64,000 nt of DNA from Selaginella moellendorffii (GCF_000143415.4 NW_003314355.1:515410-579409), one strand, 5' to 3'; shown: positions 13,301-26,685, numbered from the stretch's first letter. The notes: a model not told the origin generated them from the letters alone. Numbers and translations are program-made.

Positions 13301-14149
13301 ATAATCTAATGTTAATTCATTTTCCCCATATAGCCATATTGGCACCAACATAACTATTGCCAATTTTAGCATGGCACAAGCTAACATGGCCGTGATCCAT
13401 AAGGTGGATGCTCCAACCACATCCATTGGCTATGGCTATGGCCATGGTTGTAATAACTAAGCTATGGTGAGAAAGAGGTAGGTGTTTGATCTATTTAGAT
13501 TCTTTTTTTTTTTTTTTTTTTTATTCTAGTGCCTGCACTAGCCATTGTTGCTACTAGCACCAGCAGCCAATGCTACAAAGTGCCAATATGGCCATGATTG
13601 CACCTGTGGTGATGCCATGGCTATTGCATCATCCACAAAGCTATTTGCTTTGGAAATTTTGCCTTTTAAGTTATTTTCTAGTCACAGCTTCGTGGTGGGG
13701 GATCTTTTGCATCCTCGCAGCAAAGACATCATCGTGGATCCAGCTCCAGTTCGCTGGTGAGAGAAATACGAGCTGCTGGTTACATTCCCAACATGAAGGA
13801 GATCTTGCACGATATTGGGGAGGAGCAAAAGGAAGAGCTGCTGCACTACCACCACAAGAAGATGACTAGTTTTTGGATTGATAGAACAAGAGTCGGTGCT
13901 GAGGACGACTATAAGGGACATTAGCTGGTTCCATCACTTCAGCAACGAGATGGAGATTACTGACCAGTGAGTTTACTTGGCTTGTTTTGAGAGATTGATG
14001 CTGAGGGGAGGAGCTTATGAGCAATTTTCCAGCGATGAGGTAGTTTCTTCTTTGCTTTCTGGTTGCTTCAGTGTGGCTATTTTATTTTCTTGTAGCCGAC
14101 AAACTTGCATAGAATCCAAAAAAAGAATTTTATAAATGGGAGGGACAAA

Positions 14150-14690
14150 GTTGGATCGAACTTGGTTGATGCTATGCTCGTCCAGGAAGAACGTCTTCTC
14201 GAGCACCTCATCCATGTTTGGATCCCAATCCAAACATGGATCTTGCAATGGACTGGATTCCAGGGAGCTGGAAGTTGAATGTGGCAATGACCTTCGCATT
14301 GGTTCTTCTGACATTCATCTGCCACTGGACTAATCCACGAGGGATCACCATGACTTTTCCCCTGTTCATCACTCGAGCAAACAGGTGATTGTCAGCTGTG
14401 ACGATGGGGGTGTAGACAGTCCCTTCTTCTACATAGACCATCTCCTAGGCTCTGGGATGGGTGTGAAGAGGGATGATTCCTTCGGGGAAAAAGTTGAGCC
14501 TAGCTATAGGGAGGCCTGGGAATCTCAGCATGGTTCCATAGATTTTGCCAGAGCGATTGGTGTTGGAGGAATTGATGATTCTGCTGTAGATGAAACTTGC
14601 ATGGGAATCCATTGATCCTAGGAACAATGTTGAGATCTCCAATACAAAAGTCCTGGAGAGGATCTGGATCGGATGAAACTACCATTCCAT
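14150..14690 (-). pseudogene. Germin-like (cupin) protein pseudogene
   Basis: [36 protein letters not shown] motifs, broken by frameshifts and a stop. Confidence 0.88.
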
Positions 14691-14754
14691 GATCATATTT
14701 GATTTGGAATATGTTCATGGGCATGGGGCTTGTGTGGATTGCATGCAGGAGGCA

Positions 14755-15426
14755 TTTTGTGATGTATTTTTAAATGAGTTGCCTAATGGTTTACCTCTTA
14801 AATGTAGAATTTACCATAAGATTAACTTAGTTCCTAAAGCTACTCTTTATCATTGACAACTAATTTATACTAGTGATTAATAAGAAAATTGCTGAGTACT
14901 TTTGGAAGGGGTGGTTATTGATAAATAAGTTTCTTTGGATTGCTTTAGTAGTGATGGTCAAGAAGAAAGAAGGTATATTGTGTTTTTGCATGAACTATAA
15001 GAAATTGAATGATAGGACAATGAAAAATATATTTCTAATCCCTCATATTAATGATTTGCTCAATCATTTTCATGGTGCTCGATATTTTATAAAAATTGAT
15101 TTGAGGCAAGGGTAAAGGATGTTCTAAAAAAAACATTCCAAATGAGGACTGATCATTATGAGTTTTTGGTGATGTGTTTAGTTTCCTACAACTTTTCAAA
15201 GGTTGATGAATCAAATTTTACAGCCTTACCTGGGAAAGTTTGCCATTGTCACAAGCTCTACTCAAAGTTAAATAAGTGTGAGTTTTTCTTGGAAGAGATT
15301 AGATATTTTAAACATTTAATTTTAGTGCATGGAGTGAGAGTGGAGTGCATGCAGTTGATGTTGCAAAGGTTTAGGTCATGGTTGATTGGCTTATGCCTTC
15401 GACAGTGTATGATCTCTATAGTTTCT
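14755..15426 (+). mobile_element. Decayed Ty3/gypsy pol (reverse transcriptase), 5' part
   Basis: FCMNYKKLN, IPHINDLL, YFIKIDLRQG, HYEFLVM, KCEFFLEEI motifs; continues after the LTR insertion at 35844. Confidence 0.85.
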
Positions 15427-18217
15427 TGTGAGACACAAATCCCTAAGCCCCAAAGTGGAGCCGAAAGGGTGCCATGTGGTAGTGGCCGAAGCAAAAGCCA
15501 AACGAGCGTAACACGTTTGGACTAAAAGGCTCCGACTTAAAAGGTTGAGAGCGGGAGTGGAACTCTCAACGGAGCGCTCAAGGAACCAGCATGAAGCGAG
15601 CAATAAGCGAGGCTCCAAAAAGGGACCCAAAAGGACCAACATATGACACGTGGAAGTGTCCGAAATGGAGTCCGAAATGGACCCGAGTTGGAGTCCGAGA
15701 TGGAGTCCGAGATGGACCGAGATGGAGTCCGAGATGGACCCGAGATGGAGTTCGAGATGGACCCAAGATGGAGTCCGAGATGGAGTCCGAGACAGAGTCC
15801 GAGATGGAGTCCAAGATGGACCCGAGATGGAATCCGAGATGGAGTCCAAGAAGGACCCGAGATGGAGTCCGAGGTCAAGACCAAGACCGGGACTAAGACC
15901 GGGACCGAGACCAGGACCGAGATCGAGACCGAGACCGAGACCGAGACCAAGACCGAGACCGGGGCCGAGACCGAGGCCGAGGCCGAGTCCGAGCCCAAGT
16001 CCGAGTCCGAGTCCGAGTCCGAGTCCGAGTCCGAGTCCGAGTCCGAGTTCGAGTTCGAGTTTGAGAGGGTGAAAGCCCAAAGCGTTCGTCTCCCAAACCC
16101 TGGGGGGTTTGGTGAGCTCCAAAAGTATAGTAAAGGGGGAGGACTGCAGTGGAGCCAGTTTGGCCAGGAAAGGCCAGTTTGGCCCAGGAAGGCCAGACCC
16201 AGTGTTGGGTGATGAACTAACTACTAGGAAGTCCAAGACTAGAGTGAATACGGACTGACAAGCAGGGTAGCTTGGTGAAGTGTGCAAGAGCCGGCTCTAG
16301 TTCCCCTGGGAGATCGATTGGCCGATGCTCCCAGTCCAAGTGTGGGTGGCACTACCTACTTGGATACCTGGTGTGGCTCAACGGAACCTCGCTCTAAGCC
16401 CATGGCTAGAGCACCCAAAGGCGGAAGGTGGGGAGAGTACCCACGAGGCTTGCGTAAGGCCATGGTGTTCCGAAATGTTCTCCCAAAGGCCCAAACTATG
16501 GAAAGGAAGAGGAGTAGTCCTCTGGTGTAGTGACCAAGGATACAGTCTTGGAAAGACGGGATTGCAATGCAGGTGGTGTTGGACCACCAATGTGACTAAG
16601 GTGATTGGGCACGGCGTAGCGTAACAGGCTAGTATGTTGGTGGTGCTTTGGGGTGTCGGTCATGGGACCGGACACATGGAGCACTGGGACCAAGTGCAAA
16701 GGTTGAGTGGTATGGATGCTATTCTCGAGGCTAGCAGGCCCCAAGTCCTGAGTGGGACTTATGGAGGTTGTGAATGAGACTCCTCCAAATGGTCGAAGGT
16801 GTGGTTAAGTGACTAAAGTAGAATGGAAAAATTTAGTCGCTTACAATTTGGTATTGGAGCTGTTCCTTAGTCCGACTTTTATTGGTGCTGAAGTATATCA
16901 CCACTAGTGTTGGCATCGGAATGTCCTAGGAGTGGGCTTGTCCTTGAGGAGTAGCAAGTCGGGAAAACATGGCTCTCCACTACAGTTCACGTGTGAACTT
17001 GTAGGCAAGGTGGTGGATAGAAAAGGGCCAATGATGAAACGACTTTGGGATCTTGGGAACAGTGCAAGGTTTTCCTCAATGAGTTGAGGATGTGATCCAG
17101 ATGAGCGTTTGACTCAGCAAACTGTCTAAGGTAGTTGTGGTAAACAACTATAGTTGGGATCACAAGGAAGATAGAGACTCCAAAATGATAAAGGAGTCAC
17201 AAGATTACCCTCATGAAGTTGAGGCTGGTGCTCATGAATTTGAGACCAAAGGAGGTCAAATAAAGAAAAGGACACAAGTCCTTAAAATGGTAGCCGGAGC
17301 TACCTCTAATAAATGCTGGAATAACCCAAGGAGTTAGGGGTGTATTTAGAGGATGAGTTGGTATTCTCATTACATGGACAAGTGGTCCTAAGGGGCGAAA
17401 AGTTGCCCCAAGAGAATAAATCAAGTGTCGGAGTAACACTTGCAAAAGATGGTCTTTGTGAGTAGGACATGAATACAAGGAGTTGTATTCTAGTGAGTTA
17501 ACACCTCAAAAGTAGGACCTCATAAATCGTCGGATTAACAAAGTTCAAAAGGTTAAATGACTCCAATAGAGTCAAGGAATAATCCTAAGGGCCTGAGGAA
17601 AGCATTTGGACTGAGGTGTGTGGTGCCCCATGAAGGATGGGGAGGATCTTGAGATCCAAGCATGAGAGCAGTATGTATTTCATTGATGGCAGAAGGTGCC
17701 ATGCTAAAGTCGTGGGAAAGAGTTTCCCGGAAGAAAACAATTTTAACACAAAGTTGTGCATAGTGCAATGCTAATAAGCTCTATTTCGTTAAAGTGGGAA
17801 TTGTCATTATCCCACTTGTAAAATAAGGTTTCCAAACCTTTATATAGTATATAAATATAACAAAATTCAACTGCATTGAGGCACATGCCATTTTATTTTA
17901 AACAAGGAAATGTCTACTCAATCACTTCTCCTCCCCCTGCCACTGCTTCACCTCTCTCTTCTCCTTGTCATCGTCGTCCAATTTCTTTCCATCCTTTTAA
18001 TATTGGCTCAGTTGCTCCGAGTCTAGGTGGAGCCCAAGTCCCCATTCAATCTTTACTTTCCCCTTATTAATAAAACAACTTCGTAGACTTCCAATAACAT
18101 GCTGTAACACTTCTAGTATAATGCAAATCCTCTCAAATAATTGTCTTTTAATATTAATACAATGGCATGGAACCCCATGCCATAATAAGTTACATTTTTA
18201 AATAAATATATGCCATC

Positions 18218-21200
18218 TCAGACTGTTATTTTTTGCCTCCAACGCCTATACAATAATCTTGGAATTTCATCACTCTCCACACTATCAGGATTTAAACCCA
18301 ATAGTAATGCCATCTCTTCTCTAATATGTCCACGCTCATGTTCAGTGGTCGAAGAACCCATCCGGTTGAGCAGATTATGGAGATGCGGATAGTGCTTGGC
18401 TAGACAATATACATGCCATAAATGATGACTGGTGTCTGTCCGATCAAATGGCTTCTGATATACCGTTCCATCTGCCATTTGGTTGATTTCTGCAGCCACC
18501 TCCTGGACTGGCCGGTTCTCTATCACCATCGCTTCAAGCCATTTTGCAAGGTCCCCCAGAACATACGGTTTCTTCTCCCTAGTTTCCATACTGCAAGAGA
18601 TGGGGTGCACTGCATATGTGTGCGTGTTCGCTGCAGTTTTAATCGGCGAGTCATCGATGATGAGGATTTCACTTGACCTAGCAGTCCGGTTCATCACTAC
18701 AGCCTCTGGCTTGACGAAGATGGGCTTGCTACCCCTCACATGGACCATAGTCAAGAAATCCTCCTGTGTTAGGAGAAAGTCAAATGGTAATATTACTCGC
18801 GTCTGATCGTGCATCATCTGTAGCAACGTTAATGCATTATGGCGCATCATGGATGTCCAAACTCCCAATTGCAAATTGAACTCGGCCCTCTGTTTTAAGT
18901 GTCGCATGGTCATTATTAGATCCCGCAGTTTCTCCCGTGTGATTAATGTGAATCTGTCTCTTTTGACCAACTTGCGACCGCAGGCTTTGGAGGGTGCAGT
19001 GACATTCGAGGACGAGCCACGCTCATGGGAGAAAAGGACACCATTCAGATCAAAAACGATACAGTACTTTCGCCGTGACTCTGAAATGAAATGCGTCAGC
19101 ATAAAAAATGGTACAAGTCAATTTTACCATCTACAATATTAGCGAATGGTGCTCCCGATGGTCGTTCAGAGGGTTTTGGTCGAGGAAACGTGAAGGGCGG
19201 AAATACTCTCCTCTGCAATGTGGGGTCAATCGCATCCGATGGCGTGTGGGCACATGCCATTTCAGCTGTAGACTCTGGTACAACTGGCTCAATAGTGGCA
19301 TGGGGTGGTTCCGATGGCGTGTGATCACACGCCATTTCAGCTGGTGCCTCCGTTGGCAAAGTGGACATGACCGAACAGGCAGCAGGGGCGGTGTAGGGAG
19401 GTTCCAACGGCGCGTAGTCAGACGATTGGGCACATGTTGAGTCCGTTGGAAATGAGGATACGACCGGCTCGGCGGCTGGGGCGGCCTCATGCGGGTCCAA
19501 TGGCGCCTGGTCACCGTCAGTTGGATACGTGGACAAGATTGACTCAGTGGTATGGGCAGCATCAAGTGGAGCGTGGTCAGCTTGCTTGGCGTTGATATGG
19601 ATAGTAGCCTCCACCAGTTCTGATGACTCTTGCAGGCAAGTAGAGTCCACTGGCGGATCCATATGCATGTCCAAATATCTCCCTTCGATTGAGATGGTAT
19701 CCTCCCTACTGGCTACTAAAAACAAACTCATTAACACATTGAATCGACTATACTGTATTTACCATCAACTGCTATTGGGTGCACTGCTGATTCTGAAGGA
19801 TTGGACATACGTTTCGACCCTTGCTTGGCACTATCCTTCCTCGACACTAAAGGCTAGAGTTTGTATCTTAATTCAACTGAATAATCTCTACTTACCATTT
19901 CTTCTGCGACCTACATGGACAATGTTAGAAATGGTAAAAGGTTAGAAATGGATGTACTATTATTTACCTGATGGTTTGTCTTGTATGACCTTCCTCCGCT
20001 GCTCTTTGGCCACCTCAGGCTGGCCATCGTCGTCATCATCGTCATCGTCGTTATTGTGATCGTCACCATTGTGAGGACCATCCAAGTCCTTTTCGTCCTC
20101 CTCTTCTTTGTCCTCCTCTTCGTCCTTCTGCTCTTCCTGCTCATTATCTTTCTCTGGCTCCTCATCCCCCTCTTGCATTTCTTCCATAGGCTGCTCAGGC
20201 TGGATGGCTTGTTTTTCCAGGACCATCTTGGGAAAATCATCTGGCCAAGTCTCCATCTCAAAATACAAGACATCCATAGCCTATTTCAGTGCTTGACCTA
20301 GGACCGTATCCTCACCCGACTGTCTTAACATGGTTTCTGCACGTTCTTGCACCCTTCGAAGACGACGAGATGAGAAAAACGTGGCCCTGACTTGAAAAGC
20401 ATCCCTCATCCATTGTACCTCTCCATTGAGATTGGGGAAGGGGAGTCCGCCATAGGAATCTGAGTCAGGAGGTGGTGACTGGCTCCTTTCACTCAGCCCT
20501 TGATCTGCAATGAATGGCATGAGCACACACGCCATAACCGCAAGGCATTACCTATCATCTTTTCGTTGCCCTTCTTCCTTTTCGAATCAAACGCCTCTGA
20601 TCCCGACGACTGTCCAACGTGCTTTCGCTTTTTATGACCACTGTCAGTTTGAGCTTGACTGGTGCTTGCCTGTTTTGCCTTTGAAGAAGTGTCTCCTGCA
20701 AGGAATGGCATGAGACCACACGCCATTGCAAATATAATTTGTACCTCCTTTTTTCCTATTGCTTGTCTGTTTGTCCTTCTTCGACGCGCCACCAGTGCGC
20801 TTTTCAGTCCTCGTGTCTGAATATTCACAACGATCTATAATCAAAATGGCGTGAGGCCTCACGTGACCTTACCTTGTGCAGGTTGTGACCTCGGCCTAAC
20901 ATCAGTAGCTGTTAACACCGTTTCAGCATCTGGGGGTGGCCACGCTTCTGCATACAAAGCTTGTGAGATAACATTTAAACTTAAAGTGCGTACTCACCAG
21001 GTTCGCAGAGAAGATACTGTTTTTCTTTGGCAACTGTAATTATATGCTCCATTGAAGTCACCTCTTCAATGGAGTTTGTCACCGCAACACACGGGACACC
21101 CTTGAGTAGTGCGGCTCGAAAGAATAGTCTGCCGCAGTTGTACTCGACAACGCATTTGCCCTTGGTGTCACCCACTATTGTGTTGAAGACCCAGCTGAGC

Positions 21201-23560
21201 ATTTCCCATGCTGCACCTGGAGCTTTCTTTGGATTCGAAAGCTCCATAGCCGTCTTCAGTTCCTCAGGCACAGGTAAATTGACCTCCCTCAGATCAATTC
21301 GATCGGCCTTGTCGAACGAAGCTGGGAAGTCACTCCAGTCCCACTCTGCTGTAGGACCAATAACAAGGGCGAGTGTGAAGATGCGGACATTCGTCGGTAT
21401 CTTCTTCTTAGCCATTATCCCATGTATCTCCCGCATCTCCTTGCCTTTCAACCCAGCCTTCACCTCGTTCAAGGCCTTCCAGAACTTGTGATAGGATTCG
21501 GAGTCGTAGATCATATAGTGGACTGAAGATTCCACCTCCGCAAGTCCCACCATTAAGTCAATGATGGAGCTGACTTCGTCTGCATGAGTGATCTCCTCGT
21601 TTGTGAAGTCCATCACACAAAAGATGTTCTTGACCTGCTCATCTCCGCAGGAAACGATGCTCCTCCACCTTTGATCCTCATCCGAATTCACGTATACCCG
21701 GTAAGGTTCTCGATAGGCCTCTGCTGCGGGGTCGAGCTGTTTCTGAAGCCGGCGGTCAACATCCCTCTTAATGAAATTTGGATACTGATCCAACTTCTCA
21801 GCTTTACTTTTCGTGGCATCCCGCAGCAGATCGATGAACTTGGGGGCCCCCTTCACGTACTCGTCGATGTCTTCATTTGACAAGTCCAGCTCTTCCATCA
21901 TCTCTTGCGTGGTGTCGATGCTCACCCTCGCCACGGCCACTTGCTCGAAGATCCAATCCTTCAATAGCGCACGAGCTCTCAGAGTCGTGCACAAGTCCTC
22001 GTATGTCACAATATGGCCGGGAGTCATTTTGGTCTTGTTGAAGACTACCTCACCACGTAGAAGAGCATTAGCCACTGTCAGAAGGTCGTCGTCGTCTAGA
22101 GACCGCGAGAAACGCAAGGCATTGAGCTTCAAATCATTGGGCTTCCGGCCGTCCTCCACACCCATTGAGTTTAGCAACTCCCCGTCATAGTACCTCCTTA
22201 GCACATCTACCCATTTGTCAAAAACAACTTTTGTCGCGAGTAGAATGTTATGGATACTGAGTGTGTCATTGACCCCCAGTGTTTTCGAGAGAAGACTCGA
22301 GAATTCCTGCAATGGAAATGGCGTGAGGCCACATGCTATGCCACATGCAACGAGGCTTACCTGCCAGGCGCTAGTTGCTAGTGCACGTCCTTGTCCTGGT
22401 TTTTGTGGCTTCTTCAGTTGAACCCAGAGCTTCCGTGTTCGTGCCAATGTCTCGTGCAGACCCGATTTGTAGCACGTTTCTTGCTTGACATTCTGCGCGT
22501 GGGAGATGTATATGATAGATCGGAGGGGCGAGTTGCCTTTTATCAGGCGGACAACTCTTGTCTTGAAGACTTTCTTCACCTCCTCGCCCACCATAATATC
22601 CACAACTATCTGTTGCATCGCCAAGCTAGAATGCTGCCCGGAGATGGCATAGAACCGGATGTTCTGATCGTCCAACACCTTCCTATTGATCAAGTCTGGA
22701 AACCTCGTCTCGCCCTTCATTGTTCGGTAGTAGGGGATCACGTCTGCGATGTCGGGTGTTACTGGACTTGCCAGCATCTTCTGCTTCAGTTTCTCCACCC
22801 ACTCATCAGATACTAGCCTGTGGTTGTATTTGCTTTGGATGTCGATACGGCTCACGTCGATTGTATATACTTTGTTGGAATAGTAACAAGTACTATTATC
22901 TGCGACGATTTTTGTTGCCTCTTCTTGCTCTTTCTGCTCTTTGCGGCTCTTCTTTTTGGTGGGTGTAGTGTTCGAACCCGAGGCAATGGCATCACCGAGT
23001 AGCTTCTTTTTTGGAGCAGCAGAGTCGGACGTCGGTTTGAGCTTGACCACCCTTTTCTGCTTCGGGGTAGTTTCCAGATCGACCCCCTTCCCCTTCGCTT
23101 CGCAAACTGGAGGCACTCTCAACGGCTCAATGTTGGAATATAGTTTTTGAACATCGCCGTAGGTGAGGTCCGTGGATTCCATGTGATCTTCATAGACCCG
23201 CAGCGTCTTTGAAATTGTGGGCCTCCTGGACAACCTCTCCCTAGCTCCCTCTAGGAATTCCTCATAGCCGCTGCCCCCCTCCGGGAAGCCGCTAGGATGT
23301 GCAAGGTGGATCTTGAAGGCGGACGCTGTCTCTACCACAAGTGCCAGTCCATATTCTTGCATGGAACTGCATGGAGTGTCTGTCACTTGGATGAGGATCC
23401 CCATGCATTCTTTTCTCCCACCATCTGTGTTGTACAGCATCAGATCCTCGCCTTCCATCCCAAAAGTCCAACTGGTGAGCTCCTCCCCCTTCTCTACATC
23501 CACATTGACAGTGGCTGGAAGAAGAACGCAATTCCTCGCCTGTTCAGAAATGCACAACAA
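18218..23560 (-). CDS. Multi-exon transposon cargo gene: ParB/Srx-like domain, degenerate DNA-MTase-like fold, acidic linker, FCP1/NIF-like HAD phosphatase; one in-frame TAG at 20281-20283; 5' end uncertain (possible exons to about 23920)
   Basis: The 859-aa, 84-aa, 105-aa, 213-aa and 294-aa ORFs can be joined in frame through short GT-AG introns (22307-22360, 20960-20997, 20817-20872, 20696-20744, 20505-20551, about 19081-19128 and others). Motifs YNHR...FYAISGQHS...AQN and IVFDLNGVL...VWTS...K...IIDDSP. Confidence 0.7.
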
Positions 23561-23730
23561 TTAGAGCTGACAGATGAAAAGCTAACAGCTGGAAATAACG
23601 TGAGGCCACACGCCATTCACCACTGCATCAGATGTCTTGAGGCTGCATCCTAAGATGGTGTGAGGCTACACGCCATCTGTAACCGGACTGCACTCGAGAG
23701 CCCAATCGGTGCATGCCAATGTTGCTACTG

Positions 23731-23754
23731 AATGGCATGTGGCCTCATGCCATT
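23731..23754. repeat. Representative copy of the dispersed 24-bp palindrome AATGGCATG-TGGCCT-CATGCCATT
   Basis: Perfect 9-bp inverted arms with a 6-bp spacer. About 25-28 variants in 17776-30941 and about 10 in 1-3126. Confidence 0.9.
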
Positions 23755-25364
23755 TTCTACTTGGCCTAAAAGACTTACCATTTGAAGCCGAATGGAGGCC
23801 GTGACAATTGAGGCCGGACTCGCTGGCGAATGTGCACTGTGTGTGCAGCGGATTGTAGCAGCAAGGCTACTCTGCCACTTACAGTTGGAGAGTGGTGCTG
23901 AAATCTCCCGGGACGCCAAGTGGGCTGCGTGTGGGTGGCGGAGTGGGCGGCGGAGTTGGCGGCGAAGTTACAAACTGGGTGTGTCTTGAAGTGGACGCCG
24001 ATGCACACAAGCGCGATGCGAGCGCGAGTGTGATGCAAGCGCGAGTGGACGCCGATGCACATGAGAAACCTGTAGAGAAGTGAGCGTGATCGCGAGTGGG
24101 AGCGCGATGCAAGCGGGAGCGCGAGTGTGATGCGAGCGCGAGCGCGAGTACAAAGCAAAATGCAAAACCTAACCTCACACGCGCGAAATGTCACAACAGT
24201 TGGTAATCCCGCCACGTCATCATTCCTTGGACTTGGGCGCCACCATTAATTTCTGGATTGCCGCGCGCATGCAAGCACGCAAAATCCAAAAGAAATCCAC
24301 AACGTCATCATTCCTCGGACTGCATGCACGCGAAATCCAAAAGAAAGATCATGATTGGGATATCATTTAATACCCTCGCTATATTTATACCATGCATGAT
24401 TGGATATTCCAAAGCATCTTGTATTTCCAAAAATGGCAGATGTTCAGCTAAATAAAGAAATTCTATCTGTTTCTATTTTTCTCTCAAATCAATATTATAG
24501 CGTGTGGGCTCATGCAATTTTGAACCAAAGAAACCCAAAAAACGTTGGACCCAAAATATTTTGAAAAAACCCAAAAAACCCTAAACATTTTAAACCCAAA
24601 AATCCAGGCGTCCTGTGGCGTTATTCCTTGAATGGCATGTGGGCGCATGCCATTTTCAGGGCCAAATGCTGAATGGAGAAAAATTCCCTTTCAGTGCAAA
24701 TGCTGCAAGAGGCAGATGCCGAGCACAAAGGACTGTAACTACCTCACATGACACAGATAAACTTTTCTTTATTTGGCAAAGATAAACTTTATAGCGTGTG
24801 GGCTCATGCAATTTTGAACCCAAAAAATGCACCAAAAAATTCTCGGCGTCATCTGGTGTTATCTCTTGAATGGCGTGGGGCCGCATGCCATTTTCAGGGG
24901 CACATAGGAGTATATTCCTAGGATATTCTGACACGCGTGAGATTGTTTTGAGTTTTCTGGAGATCCAACCGTTAGATCGCAACTAGATTTTACAGAATGG
25001 TATACAATGTCTTTCTTGATGACCCTACAAAGAAGCATCTCGATCGGACACCACATGAGACCACACGAGCCTTACAATGTTTCAGGGGCATTTGCCATAG
25101 ATCCGACCGTTATTTTGCTCCAAGATTTTACAGTTTGGTGTGCATTGACCTTTCCATCGAAATTGCAAAGGGACATCACAATCAGATGCGGGATCACAAG
25201 AAACTAACTTCACTAACTCTGGTTTCACCAAGATCTACGTAAGGAGTTATGAAATGAAAGGACCCTCTCTATTGAAATGTGTTTATGGTTCTAGGGGCAT
25301 TGTGACATATCAAAGGATTTTGCATCAAGTTCTGTATTTGCATGTTTATCAAGCTACTGAATTG

Positions 25365-25390
25365 CTAAACCCTAAACCCTAAACCCTAAA
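25365..25390 (+). repeat. Plant telomere-type repeat (CCCTAAA)x3+ / telo-boxes inside the transposon
   Basis: ctaaaccctaaaccctaaaccctaaa. Confidence 0.8.
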
Positions 25391-26685
25391 CATGTGGCAA
25401 ATGCTGCATGAAGAAAGATGCCCTTTCTGGGCAAATGTTGTAAGAGGCAGATGCCGAGCAGATGTATCTCAGGCTAGCAAAGGGGACAAACGAAAGCTAG
25501 CTATAAACATGACGGGATGCAAATAGATTACTAGGCTGGTCCTGCGAAAATCAAAAACCATAATTGAAAACATTGAAAATGCAAAAAGAAAGGTTTATAA
25601 TATTTTTGAATTTTAAGCAACCAAAGGAATGTAAGTAGGGCATGTGTTTGTAAGTTTAAAAATGCCTCAACCACTTAAATTCCCAAGTAAATAAAGCTGT
25701 TTCTATTTTTGGTACAGGTAAACTTTATAGCGTGTGGGCTCATGCAATTTTGAACCCAAAAATGCACCAAAAAATGCTCGACTAGCATTATTCTTTGAAT
25801 GGCGTGTGGCCTTATATTGCCATAAATGGACGTATACACAGAGCATAATTATTCCTTTACACGGCGAATAATCTTGGCGCGGATCGCTGACATGGCATGG
25901 CAAAGTTCGAATCACTGACATGGCACAGCTGGATCGAGGCAAGGACATGATGTGACAAAGTTCAAGCTCCGACAGCAAAGTCTAGAAGCTACTCAGTTTG
26001 AAATTTGTCAGAGGAGTCATAAGATCTGGTTTGTCAGAGGATTTGATGTGACATTCAAGCGTGTGTTATTTTTGAATTCTCGAACTCATTCCTAGGTCTA
26101 TCATTTTTGTGCGCCGTGTTCTTGGTTCCGCTGAGCGCAGTGAGCGCTGCTTGTGTAAGCGGCGTTGTGGGCTGTGGTTTATGCGTCTACGAGCGGTTGC
26201 GGCATTGCGAGCGCCATTGCGAGCGGCAGTTTATGCGAGTGGCAGTTTGTGCGAGCGGCGCTACGAGCAGTTGCGGTGTTGCGAGCGGCGCTACGAGTAG
26301 TTGCGGTGTTGCGAGCGGCACTGTCTTTGGTGTGGCTACCGCTTCCTCTTGATATTCGGCACTTGTGCTTCCTGGTATGTTCACCATGGAATGGCTTAGG
26401 ACCACATTTAGAAATGGCATGAGGCCACATGCCATCTTGGGCCCTTGCAATTTCATGGCTAGCGTATTGTCATGTATGTTTTTACTTGCCTGCAGCTGTG
26501 TGTATATCAAGATGGCATAAGGCCTCATGCCAATTTTGTGAATGCAAAATTTCACGTGGGTGTCAATAGCATGTTTGAATAATAGCATGTGGCCTCATGC
26601 TATTGAGGTTGTTTGGTATGTTATGATTTAGGCCATTCTCCAATCATTTTTTGTATGGTCTTAACTTCTTTTCTGCACTTTCAGA

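Noticed and set aside
13500-14000. Poly-T tract and short ORFs as a retrocopy or gene
   Set aside because: No recognisable protein motif or TSD could be established by eye.
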